Source: Actinomycetota bacterium (GTDB lineage Bacteria; Actinomycetota; UBA4738; HRBIN12). From it: 63,298 bases of DNA. The stretch lies in NCBI GenBank assembly GCA_040005555.1, contig JBDTYT010000002.1, positions 1-63,298 of the forward strand, read 5' to 3'. The notes beneath the pieces are model-generated. The model saw nothing but the letters and a program-made list of their open reading frames with translations. It did no database searches and was not told the DNA's origin. Both the position numbers and the translations under genes were made by a program. Positions 1-9,083 of this stretch are shown here, piece by piece. Numbering within the stretch: the stretch's first letter is position 1; each line of letters opens with the position of its first letter.

Positions 1-1070
1 TCGCGATCTTCGACGCGACGTACACGGCGCAGGCGCGCGTCGACGCGGAGCTCACCAACGGCGCCGACGTGGCGGTCACCACCGCCGCGGCGAGCGGCCT
101 GCCGAGCGGCATCGCCGCGACCGTATCGCGACTTCCCGGGGTCGCGGCCGTCCAGACGATGCAGCACCGCTTCGCGTACGTCGGCAACGACCTCCAGGAC
201 CTCTACGGCATCGACCCGGCGACGATCGGGACGGCAACCACGATGTCCGACGCCTTCTTCGCGGGCGGCAACGCGCAGGGCGTGCTCTCGACGATCGCGT
301 CGCACCCGGACGGCGTGCTCGTCTCCGACGAGACCGTGCACGATTTCCAGCTGCATCCGGGCGACCTGCTCCGGTTGCGACTGCAGTCCGCGACCGACCA
401 GCGCTACCACGTGGTCGAGTTCCATTACGTGGGGATCGCCCGCGAGTTCCCGACCGCCCCCCACGACTCGTTCCTGATCGCGAACGCGTCCTACGTCGCG
501 CAGCAGACCGGAAACCCGGCACCGCAGACGCTGCTCGTGCGGACGAGCGGCTCACCGCCCGCGGTCGCGCAGAGCATCCGCACAGCGCTCGGACCGGCTT
601 CGGGCGCCACCGTGCAGGACATCGTGACCCAGCAGAAGATCACGCTCTCGGGTCTCACGGCGATCGACCTCGCGGGCCTCACGCGGCTCGAGCTCGCGTT
701 CGCGCTCGTGATGGCGGCGGCGGCGTCGGGGCTCGTACTCGCCCTCGGCTTGGCGGAGCGCCGCCGAACGTTCGCGATCGCGTCGGCGCTCGGCGCTCGC
801 AAGCGCCAGCTCGCGGCGTTCGTGTGGAGCGAGGCGGCGTATGTCACCATCGGCGGACTGCTGTTCGGCGCCGTCGCCGGGTGGGGGTTGTCGTACGTGA
901 TCGTGAAGATCCTCACCGGCGTTTTCGATCCCCCGCCGGAGCACCTATCGATCCCGTGGGCGTATCTCAGCGTGCTCGCGGTCGCGACGGCCGTGGCCGT
1001 CGGCGCCGCCGGAGCCGGGATGCTGCGGGCCACCCGTCGCCCGGCCGTCGAGATCGTGCGGGATCTCTAG
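1..1070 (+). CDS. ABC transporter permease, FtsX/MacB-like; C-terminal part, 5' end outside the window
   Basis: The reading frame is open to the window edge (AIFDATYTAQARVDAELTNGADVAVT...). The C-terminal hydrophobic FtsX-type segment is present (LAFALVMAAAASGLVLALGLAERRRTFAIASALGARKRQL...VEIVRDL, stop 1068-1070). Confidence 0.7.
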   Translation, partial: AIFDATYTAQARVDAELTNGADVAVTTAAASGLPSGIAATVSRLPGVAAVQTMQHRFAYVGNDLQDLYGIDPATIGTATTMSDAFFAGGNAQGVLSTIASHPDGVLVSDETVHDFQLHPGDLLRLRLQSATDQRYHVVEFHYVGIAREFPTAPHDSFLIANASYVAQQTGNPAPQTLLVRTSGSPPAVAQSIRTALGPASGATVQDIVTQQKITLSGLTAIDLAGLTRLELAFALVMAAAASGLVLALGLAERRRTFAIASALGARKRQLAAFVWSEAAYVTIGGLLFGAVAGWGLSYVIVKILTGVFDPPPEHLSIPWAYLSVLAVATAVAVGAAGAGMLRATRRPAVEIVRDL

Positions 1071-1081
1071 GATCGCCTGCG

Positions 1082-3106
1082 GTGCGGCCAGGGTCGTCGT
1101 CGCTGTGGAGATCGCCGCTCGGGTGCGTCGCGCTCGCCCTCGTAGCGGCGGGGTGTATCGCAGGATCGACGGCGGCGCCCTCAGCCCTCAACGAGCCCTC
1201 GACCCCCCCGACCCCATCGCCGGCCGCGACGACCCTGAGGATCCAGGGCAGCCCGTACTCGCTCCCGGCACCGGTCCAGCGGGAGGTGGCGGTCACGGAC
1301 GGATCGACGGTGTACCTCGCCGGGGGCCTCAACACCTCCGATGCCTCGGTCGGGGGCGTGTTCTCGTTGGACACGCATACCGGCCGCGTCACGAGCCTCG
1401 GCTCGACACCGAGCGTCTTTCACGACGCCGCCGGGGCGATGATCGACGGGAAGCTCGTCATCTTCGGCGGTGGGTCCAGTTCGGGAACGGACACCGTTCA
1501 AGCGTTCGATCCGTCGACGAAGGCAACGTCCGTCATCGGGCACCTGCCCGTGGCGCTGTCGGACCTGTCGGCAGCCGTCGTCGGCGACTCGGTCTACCTC
1601 ATCGGTGGTTTCGACGGGAACGAGCCTCGCGCTGAGATCTACACCACCGCCGACGGTCACACGTTCCACACCGTCGCGAGCCTGCCACAGGGGCTGCGTT
1701 ATCCGGCAGTGACCGCCGTCGGGTCCACCATCGTGATCGCCGGTGGGCAGACCGCTACGGGCCGAAGCGACGAGGTCCTCGCCTTCGACACGACGACCAG
1801 CACGGTTCGGAAGGTGGGCAGCTTGACCGCGCCGGTGAGCGAGGCATCCGGGTTCACGCTCGGCGACACGGCGTATGTCGCGGGCGGTCGCGACGCCGGA
1901 GGTCACGCCGTGGCGACGGTCACGGCGATCGACCCCTCGACCGGGGAGATCAGCCTCGCAGGCCGGCTCCCTCGCCCCGTCGCCGACGCGCCCGCGGTGG
2001 CCGTGGGGGACGGGGCGCTCGTGATCGGCGGCTGGCGGGGCGCGGCCGTGCCCGATGTTCTCTCCGCCTCGCTCGTTCCCGTTCCGGCGACGGCGTCGTC
2101 GATCACGCCGTCGGCCGCGACTCCCGCCGATTCGCCGTCGACGGCCTCGACCCAGGTCCGTCCCTTCGCGGGACTCCTGCTGATCGCCGACCGCGGGAAC
2201 GACCGTCTCCTCGTGATGAACGCGATGCAGCACGTCGTCTGGCGATATCCCTCGCCGAAGCTCCCGGCCCCGCCGTTCCGCTTCTACTACCCCGACGACG
2301 CGTTCTGGGTGCACGGCGGCAACGCGATCCTCGTGAACGAGGAGGAGAACCACACGCTGGCGCTCATCGCCTATCCGAGCGGGGAAACGTTGTGGACGCA
2401 CGGGCAGGCGGGCGTGCCGGGCTCGGGCACCGGGCTCCTGCATCAACCCGACGACGTGTACCCGTACCCGGGGGGCGGCCTCGTCGTCGCCGATGCGCAG
2501 AACTGCCGTCTGCTGTTCTTCGACGCGGCCGGGCACCCGAGCCACCAGATCGGAACGACGGGCGTGTGTGAGCATCATCCGCCCGACACCATCGGCTACC
2601 CGAACGGGGATACGCCGCTCCCAGACGGTCACCTCCTGGTCTCGGAGCTGAACGGCGGCTGGATCGACGAACTGACTCCGACCGGGCGCGTCGTGTGGGC
2701 GCTGCAGCTCCAGGAAGCGACGACGCCATCCGATCCACAGCGACTCGCCGACGGTACCTACCTGGTGGCGAACTACGAGGATCCCGGTGGCGTCGTGCGG
2801 TTCGACAGCAGCGGCACGGTGCTGTGGTGGTACCACCCGGCGAGCGGCACGGGGGCACTCGACCACCCGAGCCTTGCCGTGCCCTTGCCGAACGGGCTCG
2901 TCGCGGTGGTGGATGACTACGACCACCGCGTCGTGATCATCGACCCCGTCACCGACACGATCGTGTGGCAATACGGGACCGGGGTCGCGGGAAGCGGCCG
3001 GGGCCAGCTCTCCTTCCCCGACGGGTTGGACCTGTTGCTGCCGGGCAACGTGATCCCGCTGCACATCGACTTCCCGAGCGCCGCGACGCATCCAGGGCTC
3101 CCATGA
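1082..3106 (+). CDS. Exported lipoprotein with N-terminal Kelch-like and C-terminal NHL/ASST-like beta-propeller repeats
   Basis: Track ORF 824..3106 was trimmed to GTG 1082, just after the upstream stop. Lipobox LVAAGC. Kelch-type repeats: TVYLAGG, KLVIFGG, SVYLIGG, TIVIAGG, TAYVAGG, ALVIGG. NHL-like strands: LLIADRGNDRLLV, VVADAQNCRLLFFD, VVDDYDHRVVIID. Confidence 0.6.
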   Translation: MRPGSSSLWRSPLGCVALALVAAGCIAGSTAAPSALNEPSTPPTPSPAATTLRIQGSPYSLPAPVQREVAVTDGSTVYLAGGLNTSDASVGGVFSLDTHTGRVTSLGSTPSVFHDAAGAMIDGKLVIFGGGSSSGTDTVQAFDPSTKATSVIGHLPVALSDLSAAVVGDSVYLIGGFDGNEPRAEIYTTADGHTFHTVASLPQGLRYPAVTAVGSTIVIAGGQTATGRSDEVLAFDTTTSTVRKVGSLTAPVSEASGFTLGDTAYVAGGRDAGGHAVATVTAIDPSTGEISLAGRLPRPVADAPAVAVGDGALVIGGWRGAAVPDVLSASLVPVPATASSITPSAATPADSPSTASTQVRPFAGLLLIADRGNDRLLVMNAMQHVVWRYPSPKLPAPPFRFYYPDDAFWVHGGNAILVNEEENHTLALIAYPSGETLWTHGQAGVPGSGTGLLHQPDDVYPYPGGGLVVADAQNCRLLFFDAAGHPSHQIGTTGVCEHHPPDTIGYPNGDTPLPDGHLLVSELNGGWIDELTPTGRVVWALQLQEATTPSDPQRLADGTYLVANYEDPGGVVRFDSSGTVLWWYHPASGTGALDHPSLAVPLPNGLVAVVDDYDHRVVIIDPVTDTIVWQYGTGVAGSGRGQLSFPDGLDLLLPGNVIPLHIDFPSAATHPGLP

Positions 3107-4242
3107 GACGACGGGCCGCCGCGCTCCTCGTCGTCGCCCTTCTCACCCTCACTGCCTGCGTACAAGGAAACGCCGGCATCCCGGCTGCGCGCACGCGGGC
3201 CGTCGCCACTGCGAGCCCCGCATCGAGGCGCGGATCCCCAGCACGCGCACGCCCCGACGTGGCGGAGGTGTGGGCCGGCATGGCGACCCGTCGATTGAGC
3301 CCGAGGGTCGCTGATGTTCCCTCGCGCGTGTACGTGCCGAACAACCGCTCGAACACGCTCACGGAGATCGATCCCGCGACCTACCATGTGATCCGCACGA
3401 TCCGGGTGGGCTCGGGTCCGCAGCACGTCACGCCCTCCTGGGACCTGCGCCATCTGTACGTGGGCAACACGTACAGCAACACCCTCACCCAGATCGACCC
3501 GAGATCCGGACGAGTCGTCAGAACGATCTCGGTGCCCGATCCGTACAACCTGTACTTCACGCCGGACGGCTCGCTCGCGGTCGACGTCGCGGAGCGCCTC
3601 CAGCGGCTCTACTTCTTCGATCCGCACACGTGGAAGCCGCGCGGCAGCGTCGCGATCCCCTGGCCCGGCGCCGACCACCTCGATTTCTCCGAAGGTGGCG
3701 GTTACCTCTTGATCAGCACGGAGTTCGCAGGCGTCGTCGTCAAGGTGAATATCCGCAAGCGGCAGATCGTCGGCTCGGTCCACGTCGGCGGGAGCCCCGT
3801 GGACGTGAAACTCTCACCCGACGGCTCGGTCTTCTACGTCGCGAACCAGATCCGCGGCGGCGTATCCGTGATCGACCCGGTTCGCATGCGAGAGGTGCGC
3901 TTCATCCACACGGGCGCGGGGGCCCACGGGTTCTGCATCTCGCGCGACGCCGGCGAGCTCTACGTGAGCAACCGGCTCGCAGGCACGATCTCGGTGCTGA
4001 ACTTCAGGAGCGGGAATCTCGAGCGGACGTGGCACGTCGGGGGCAGCCCCGACATGATGCAGGTCTCGGCCGACGGCCGCGAGCTCTGGGTCTCGAACCG
4101 CTACGACGGGACCGTCTCGGTGGTCGGCACGCGGACCGGGCACGTGATCCGGACGATCCACGTGGGGTCGGGCCCGCACGGCCTGACGCTGTTCCCGCAG
4201 CCCGGACGCTTCAGCATCGGTCACAACGGCGTGTACCGCTGA
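3103..4242 (+). CDS. YVTN/YncE-type beta-propeller repeat lipoprotein
   Basis: ATG 3103 overlaps the upstream TGA (ATGA). Lipobox LTLTAC. Repeated motifs: VYVPNNRSNTLTEID, LYVGNTYSNTLTQID, FYVANQIRGGVSVID, LYVSNRLAGTISVLN, LWVSNRYDGTVSVV. Confidence 0.65.
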   Translation: MRRRAAALLVVALLTLTACVQGNAGIPAARTRAVATASPASRRGSPARARPDVAEVWAGMATRRLSPRVADVPSRVYVPNNRSNTLTEIDPATYHVIRTIRVGSGPQHVTPSWDLRHLYVGNTYSNTLTQIDPRSGRVVRTISVPDPYNLYFTPDGSLAVDVAERLQRLYFFDPHTWKPRGSVAIPWPGADHLDFSEGGGYLLISTEFAGVVVKVNIRKRQIVGSVHVGGSPVDVKLSPDGSVFYVANQIRGGVSVIDPVRMREVRFIHTGAGAHGFCISRDAGELYVSNRLAGTISVLNFRSGNLERTWHVGGSPDMMQVSADGRELWVSNRYDGTVSVVGTRTGHVIRTIHVGSGPHGLTLFPQPGRFSIGHNGVYR

Positions 4243-4295
4243 CGCGCGCAGAGCGCCGCTCTCGGGAACAACCTCGTCGATCGTCTGAGAGACGC

Positions 4296-5723
4296 CTACA
4301 GCGGAACGTGCGACAGGACCATGATCCGCGGCTCGGTCATCTCCTCCATCGCGAAACGCAGGCCCTCCCGGCCGAAGCCTGAGTCCTTCGACCCTCCGTA
4401 CGGCATCTGGTCCGCGCGGAACGCCGATTGGTCGTTGATGATGATCCCGCCGACCTCGAGCTCGCGGTGCGCCTGGAACGCGCGGTTGATGTCGTTCGTG
4501 AAGACCCCTGCCTGCAGCCCGAACTTCGAGTCGTTCACCCGCGCGAGGGCCTCCTCGAAGGTCTGGTACGGGCTGATCGTCACGACCGGTCCGAAGATCT
4601 CCTCGCGGCACACCTTCATCTCGGGCGTCACATCCGACAGCAGCGTGGGCGCGAAGAACGGCCCGTCGGCCGTGCCACCGGTGAGGATCTCGGCGCCTTG
4701 GGAGGCAGCTTCCTTCACCCACGAGTCGATCCGCTCGACCTCCGAGCGCTGGATCACAGGACCGACGTCCACGGTCGGGTCCATCGGATCGCCGACCTTG
4801 AGGCTCTCGACCTCCTTCACCAGGCGCGCGGCGAAGTCCTCGTACACCTCGGACTGCACGAGAACGCGCTGCACGCTGATGCAGCTCTGACCCGCCTGGT
4901 AGTAGCCGCCGAACGCGATCCGCTTCGCGGCGAGGTCCAGGTCGGCGTCCGCGTGCACGATCACACCGGCGTTGCCGCCCAGCTCGAGCGTGACCCGCTT
5001 CTTCGGGTCCAGGCCCTTCAGGTACCAACCGATGTCCGCCGAGCCGGTGAACGAGATCTTGCGGTAGCGATCGTCGCGCGCCATCTGATCGGCAACGCTC
5101 GAGCGCACCGGCAGCACCTGGTACATGCCTTTCGGCAAGTCCGTCTCGGCGAAGAATTCGGCCAGGCGGAGCGAGCCGATCGGCGTGGCGGAGGCGGGCT
5201 TCACCACGATCGGTGCGCCGACCCCGAGCGCGGGTGCGACCTTGTGGGCGACGAGGTTCAGCGGGAAGTTGAACGGCGTGATCCCGAGCACCGGCCCGAT
5301 CGGGAACCGCCGCAGCAGCCCCACCCGCGAGCCGAGCGACGCCTCCGTATCCAGACGCATCATCTCGTCGTCGCCGTGGCGGATCACCTCGGAGGCCCAC
5401 CGGAAGGTCGAGACGGCGCGCGTGGCCTCGACGGTCGCCCACTTGAGCGGCTTGCCCCCCTCACGGGCGATGAGCTCGGCGTTCTCACCGATCGTCTCGC
5501 CGAGCCGCTTCGAGACGTGGTCGAGGGCCTCCGATCGGGCGTGGATCGGCAGGTGCTGTGACTCCTTGAAGGTCTCGGCGGCGGTGGCGGCGGCCTCCTC
5601 GACGTCGGCCTCCGTGGGCACGCCGATCTCGGCGACGACGCTGTCGTCGAAAGGGCTCTTCACCTCGAAGGTCCCCCCGCCGGTTCGCCACTCGCCGTTC
5701 ACCAGGAACGGGCGTACGGCCAT
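4296..5723 (-). CDS. NAD(P)-dependent aldehyde dehydrogenase family protein (possible succinate-semialdehyde dehydrogenase)
   Basis: 475-aa ORF with ALDH catalytic motifs ELGGNAG and GQSCISVQR. The substrate is assigned only from its context next to gabT. Confidence 0.85.
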   Translation of the reverse strand: MAVRPFLVNGEWRTGGGTFEVKSPFDDSVVAEIGVPTEADVEEAAATAAETFKESQHLPIHARSEALDHVSKRLGETIGENAELIAREGGKPLKWATVEATRAVSTFRWASEVIRHGDDEMMRLDTEASLGSRVGLLRRFPIGPVLGITPFNFPLNLVAHKVAPALGVGAPIVVKPASATPIGSLRLAEFFAETDLPKGMYQVLPVRSSVADQMARDDRYRKISFTGSADIGWYLKGLDPKKRVTLELGGNAGVIVHADADLDLAAKRIAFGGYYQAGQSCISVQRVLVQSEVYEDFAARLVKEVESLKVGDPMDPTVDVGPVIQRSEVERIDSWVKEAASQGAEILTGGTADGPFFAPTLLSDVTPEMKVCREEIFGPVVTISPYQTFEEALARVNDSKFGLQAGVFTNDINRAFQAHRELEVGGIIINDQSAFRADQMPYGGSKDSGFGREGLRFAMEEMTEPRIMVLSHVPL

Positions 5724-5771
5724 CCTTCGCTCACTTCCTTCCGTTCACGGGCAGAGAGATCGAGACGCCGA

Positions 5772-7217
5772 CTAGTCGAGCGCCGCCATCACGTGCTTGA
5801 TCTGCGTGTAGTCCTCCAGCGAGTACATCGACATGTCCTTGCCGTACCCGCTCTCCTTGTACCCGCCGTGCGGCATCTCCGCGGTGATCATGAAGTGCGT
5901 ATTGATCCACACCGCGCCGAACTGCAGACGCCGGGCGACCCGCAAGCCGCGGGCGCCGTCCTTCGTCCATACCGACGACGCGAGCCCGTACACGACGTCG
6001 TTCGCCCACGTCACGGCCTCGTCCTCATCGCTGAACCGCTGCACCGAGATGACCGGACCGAAGACCTCCTGCTGGACGATCTCGGACTTCTGGTCGACGT
6101 CGGCGACCACCGTGGGCTTGTAGTAGTAGCCCTTGCCCTTCACGTCGATCGCCTCACCACCGGTGAGGACCTTCCCGTACTCCTGCGCGCGGTCGACGAA
6201 GCCCGCCACGCTGTCACGCTGTCGGGCCGAGACGAGCGGTCCCATCTCGACCGACTCGTCCTCGAGCGAGCCGACCTTGATCGACTCGACGGCCGGGACC
6301 AGCTCGGAGAGCAGCTCGTCGTATACGCCGGAGCCGGCCACGACGCGACAGGACGCCGTGCAGTCCTGGCCGGTGTTCGTGTACCCGGCGAACTTCAGCG
6401 TCTCCACGAGCTTGCCGATGTCGGCGTCGTCGAACACCACGACCGGAGCCTTGCCCCCGAGCTCGAGATGCACCCGCTTCACGGTCTCGGCTCCGGCCGC
6501 CGCGATGAGCTTGCCGGTGGACGTGTCCCCCGTCACCGAGACGAGCCGGACAGCCGGGTGTCGGACCAGTTGGTCGCCGACCACCGAGCCGCGCCCGGTG
6601 ATCACGTTGATGACTCCGGGCGGGAAGATGTCCGCCGACAGCTCAGCCAGACGCAGCGTCGACAGCGGCGTGATCTCGGCCGGCTTGATGATCGAGGTGT
6701 TGCCGGCGGCGAGCGCGGGGCCGAGCTTCCAGATCGCCATCATGAGCGGGTAGTTCCAGGGGCAGATGCCGGCCGTGACCCCGAGGGGCTCGCGCCGGAT
6801 CATGCTCGTGAAGCCCCGCTCGTACTCGCCGCTGGACTTGCCCTCCTGCACCCGGGCCGCGCCGGCGAAGAACCGAAGGTTGTCGGTGATGAACGGGATA
6901 TCTGCGGAGGCGACCGAGATCGGTTTGCCGACGTCGATCGACTCCAGGCGGGCGAGCTCGTCCGCGTCGGCGTCCATCGCGTCGGCGAGCTTCAGCATCA
7001 TCGCCGAGCGCTCCTTCGGCGGTGTGTCGAACCAGATCTCGTCGTAGGCCTTCTGGGCCGCCGCGACCGCGCGGTCGGCGTCGTCCCTCGTCCCGACCTG
7101 AACCTGGGCGACGGCCTCCTCGCTCGCCGGGTTGATGTCGGGTTCCGTCTCACCGGTCGTCGAGTCGATCCACTCGCCGCCGATGAACTGCTGGTAGGTC
7201 TTCACCGCGGTGGCCAA
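5772..7217 (-). CDS. Aldehyde dehydrogenase, gamma-aminobutyraldehyde/betaine-aldehyde dehydrogenase-like
   Basis: 481-aa ORF. Motifs ELGGKAP and GQDCTASCR. The N-terminus (YQQFIGGEWIDSTTGETEPDINPASEE) is typical of aminoaldehyde dehydrogenases. Confidence 0.85.
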   Translation of the reverse strand: MATAVKTYQQFIGGEWIDSTTGETEPDINPASEEAVAQVQVGTRDDADRAVAAAQKAYDEIWFDTPPKERSAMMLKLADAMDADADELARLESIDVGKPISVASADIPFITDNLRFFAGAARVQEGKSSGEYERGFTSMIRREPLGVTAGICPWNYPLMMAIWKLGPALAAGNTSIIKPAEITPLSTLRLAELSADIFPPGVINVITGRGSVVGDQLVRHPAVRLVSVTGDTSTGKLIAAAGAETVKRVHLELGGKAPVVVFDDADIGKLVETLKFAGYTNTGQDCTASCRVVAGSGVYDELLSELVPAVESIKVGSLEDESVEMGPLVSARQRDSVAGFVDRAQEYGKVLTGGEAIDVKGKGYYYKPTVVADVDQKSEIVQQEVFGPVISVQRFSDEDEAVTWANDVVYGLASSVWTKDGARGLRVARRLQFGAVWINTHFMITAEMPHGGYKESGYGKDMSMYSLEDYTQIKHVMAALD

Positions 7218-7298
7218 GCCGACCTCCTTCTGCGTGGACCCGAACCCGGGTCGGGGATGTGAACGCTTCGAGCGCTTCCAGTATGCCCAAAGGAGGGG

Positions 7299-8897
7299 TC
7301 AAGGGGCTACTCGACGTTCCGGCGACCCCCGGGCCCCGTATTCGCCGGACCGTCCGTCCGGCTCAGCTTCCAGGAGCTGCCTCGCGCGCAGCGCCAGCCA
7401 GAACTCCATGCGATCGAAGCTCGAGGACAGGTCACGGCCCGTCAGCTCCTCGACCTTGCGCATCCGGTAGCGCAGCGTGTGACGGTGCACGTAGAGCTCG
7501 GCGGCGGCGGACTCCCATCGCGCGTTGTGCTGGAGGAAGGCGAGAAGCGACGCCTGGAGTTCGCCGCCATGGTCGCGGTCGTAGGTGTCGAGCGGCGCGA
7601 GCAGCGAATCGGCGAAGGCCCGCAGCGCGCCCGGGTCCGCCATCGACAGCAGCAGCCGGTAGGAGCCGAGATCTTCGAACCCCGCCGAGCCCCACCCCTC
7701 CAGCCGGCACACCTGCAGCGCGTAGGAGGCCTCGCGCAGGCTGCGGCCCACCTCGTGGGCGACCGCCGGCGATCCGGCGCCGGCGCGCACCTCGGTCCCG
7801 CCGAGGCGCTCGGCGACGGCCTTCCGCAGCTCGTCGATGTCGAGCCCGTGATCGGCGGGCAGGAGTGCGTGGATCCCGCCCTCGTGCCGCGAGATGAGGT
7901 ACGCCCCCGAGGTTCGCGAGAGGTGATCCTCGGCCGCGTACGCGAGTTCCTCGGACGCCTCGCCTTCGAGCGAGACGACCATGACACGCGCGTCCTTCGC
8001 GAACCCGAACCGGGTCAGCCCCCGGACCGCCTCCGCCGCCGACAGCGAGCCGCTCCCGAGCGTGTCGAAGAGATCGCCCTGCAGCCGGCGCTCGGCGTCG
8101 GCCACGGCGCGCGACTTCGCGAGCTCGATCGCGAACAGGGACAGCGCGTGGCCCGCGACGATCCGATCGATCTGCGTGAGCGCCTCGGCCTTGCCCACCA
8201 CGAGGAACGCCTCGACGCGTCCCTTCGCACCCACGGGTTGGATCCACATGTTGTGGCCCTCGTCGACGAGCGTGAGGCTGAACCCCGTCCCCTCGGGACG
8301 CGAGCGCTGGAGCTCGTCCCAGACGCGCTCCGCCCGTTCCTCGGCGGCAGGCGCCGTGGCCGCGAGCGGGATCCCGTGCAGATCGAGGAGCATCGCCCAC
8401 CCTCCGCTGACCCTCGCGAGCGAGGCCGCGATCCCCTCGACACCGTCGCCGTCCAGGACGGCACGGGTGAGCGCGTGCTCGGCATCGACGGCGCGCTGGA
8501 GGCCTTCGTACTGCTCGGCGAGCAGCCTCGTGAACACGGCCTCGGTGATCGCGATGAACGGGACCGGGTAGGGCACCTCGAACAACGGGAACCTCGCGTG
8601 CTCCGCCGCCGTGACGAGCGCTTTCGGCACGCGCCGGTGCGAGAACCCCGACCCGAATCCCAGGCCCGCCAGCCCGGCGTCCGCGAGCCGGTGTACGTAC
8701 GCCCGCTGCTTCGCTGGCGTCGAACCCACGCCCGCGCCCGTCGTGAGCAACAGCTCGCCGCCTTTCAGCCACGGCGTCGGGTCCTCGAGCTCGCTGCTGT
8801 GCACCCAGCGCACGGGCCGGTCCGCGGCCTCCCCTCCAGCCAGCAACCGGAGCGCGAGCCCCGGGACCGAGAGGATGTCGCGCACGGAAAGGGCCAT
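7299..8897 (-). CDS. PucR family transcriptional regulator
   Basis: Track ORF 7299..9350 was trimmed to ATG 8897 (MALSVRDILSVPGLALRLLAG...). The N-terminal region resembles a purine-catabolism regulator. C-terminal PucR-type HTH: LYVHRHTLRYRMRKVEELTGRDL. Confidence 0.8.
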   Translation of the reverse strand: MALSVRDILSVPGLALRLLAGGEAADRPVRWVHSSELEDPTPWLKGGELLLTTGAGVGSTPAKQRAYVHRLADAGLAGLGFGSGFSHRRVPKALVTAAEHARFPLFEVPYPVPFIAITEAVFTRLLAEQYEGLQRAVDAEHALTRAVLDGDGVEGIAASLARVSGGWAMLLDLHGIPLAATAPAAEERAERVWDELQRSRPEGTGFSLTLVDEGHNMWIQPVGAKGRVEAFLVVGKAEALTQIDRIVAGHALSLFAIELAKSRAVADAERRLQGDLFDTLGSGSLSAAEAVRGLTRFGFAKDARVMVVSLEGEASEELAYAAEDHLSRTSGAYLISRHEGGIHALLPADHGLDIDELRKAVAERLGGTEVRAGAGSPAVAHEVGRSLREASYALQVCRLEGWGSAGFEDLGSYRLLLSMADPGALRAFADSLLAPLDTYDRDHGGELQASLLAFLQHNARWESAAAELYVHRHTLRYRMRKVEELTGRDLSSSFDRMEFWLALRARQLLEAEPDGRSGEYGARGSPERRVAP

Positions 8898-8905
8898 TGA
8901 CCCGA

Positions 8906-8922
8906 TTGTACGGCTCGTACAA
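8906..8922. promoter_or_regulatory. Perfect inverted repeat TTGTAC-N5-GTACAA in the pucR/gabT divergent region (candidate operator)
   Basis: ttgtac (8906-8911), ggctc, gtacaa (8917-8922). An extra GTACAA half-site lies at 8969-8974. The repeat sits between divergent starts at 8897 and 9084. Confidence 0.3.
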
Positions 8923-9083
8923 ATGAAGCCTCCACCGCGGAGCCCGGACGCAGGAGACTGGACGGAAGGTACAAACGCCTTCGCGCGACTTGGTCCGGCG
9001 ACCGCGTGACGGCGCGGTTGCGTGCGCGGACACTCGGGTGCAGCCTGGGGGCAGCGGTCGCCCTCGGCACCGAAGGAGGCAAC

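Noticed and set aside
1181-3091. 636-aa minus-strand ORF antisense to the Kelch/NHL lipoprotein gene
   Set aside because: Its composition is Arg/Gly/Pro/Asp-rich with no recognisable motif. It is a typical high-GC shadow ORF, and the plus-strand frame carries clear repeat motifs and a lipobox.
7432-9033. 533-aa alternate-frame ORF and the 151-aa N-terminal extension (8898..9350) of the PucR ORF
   Set aside because: The alternate frame is Arg/Gly/Pro-rich. The extension runs into the gabT gene on the other strand and lacks similarity to PucR N-termini. ATG 8897 (MALSVRDIL...) is the natural start.
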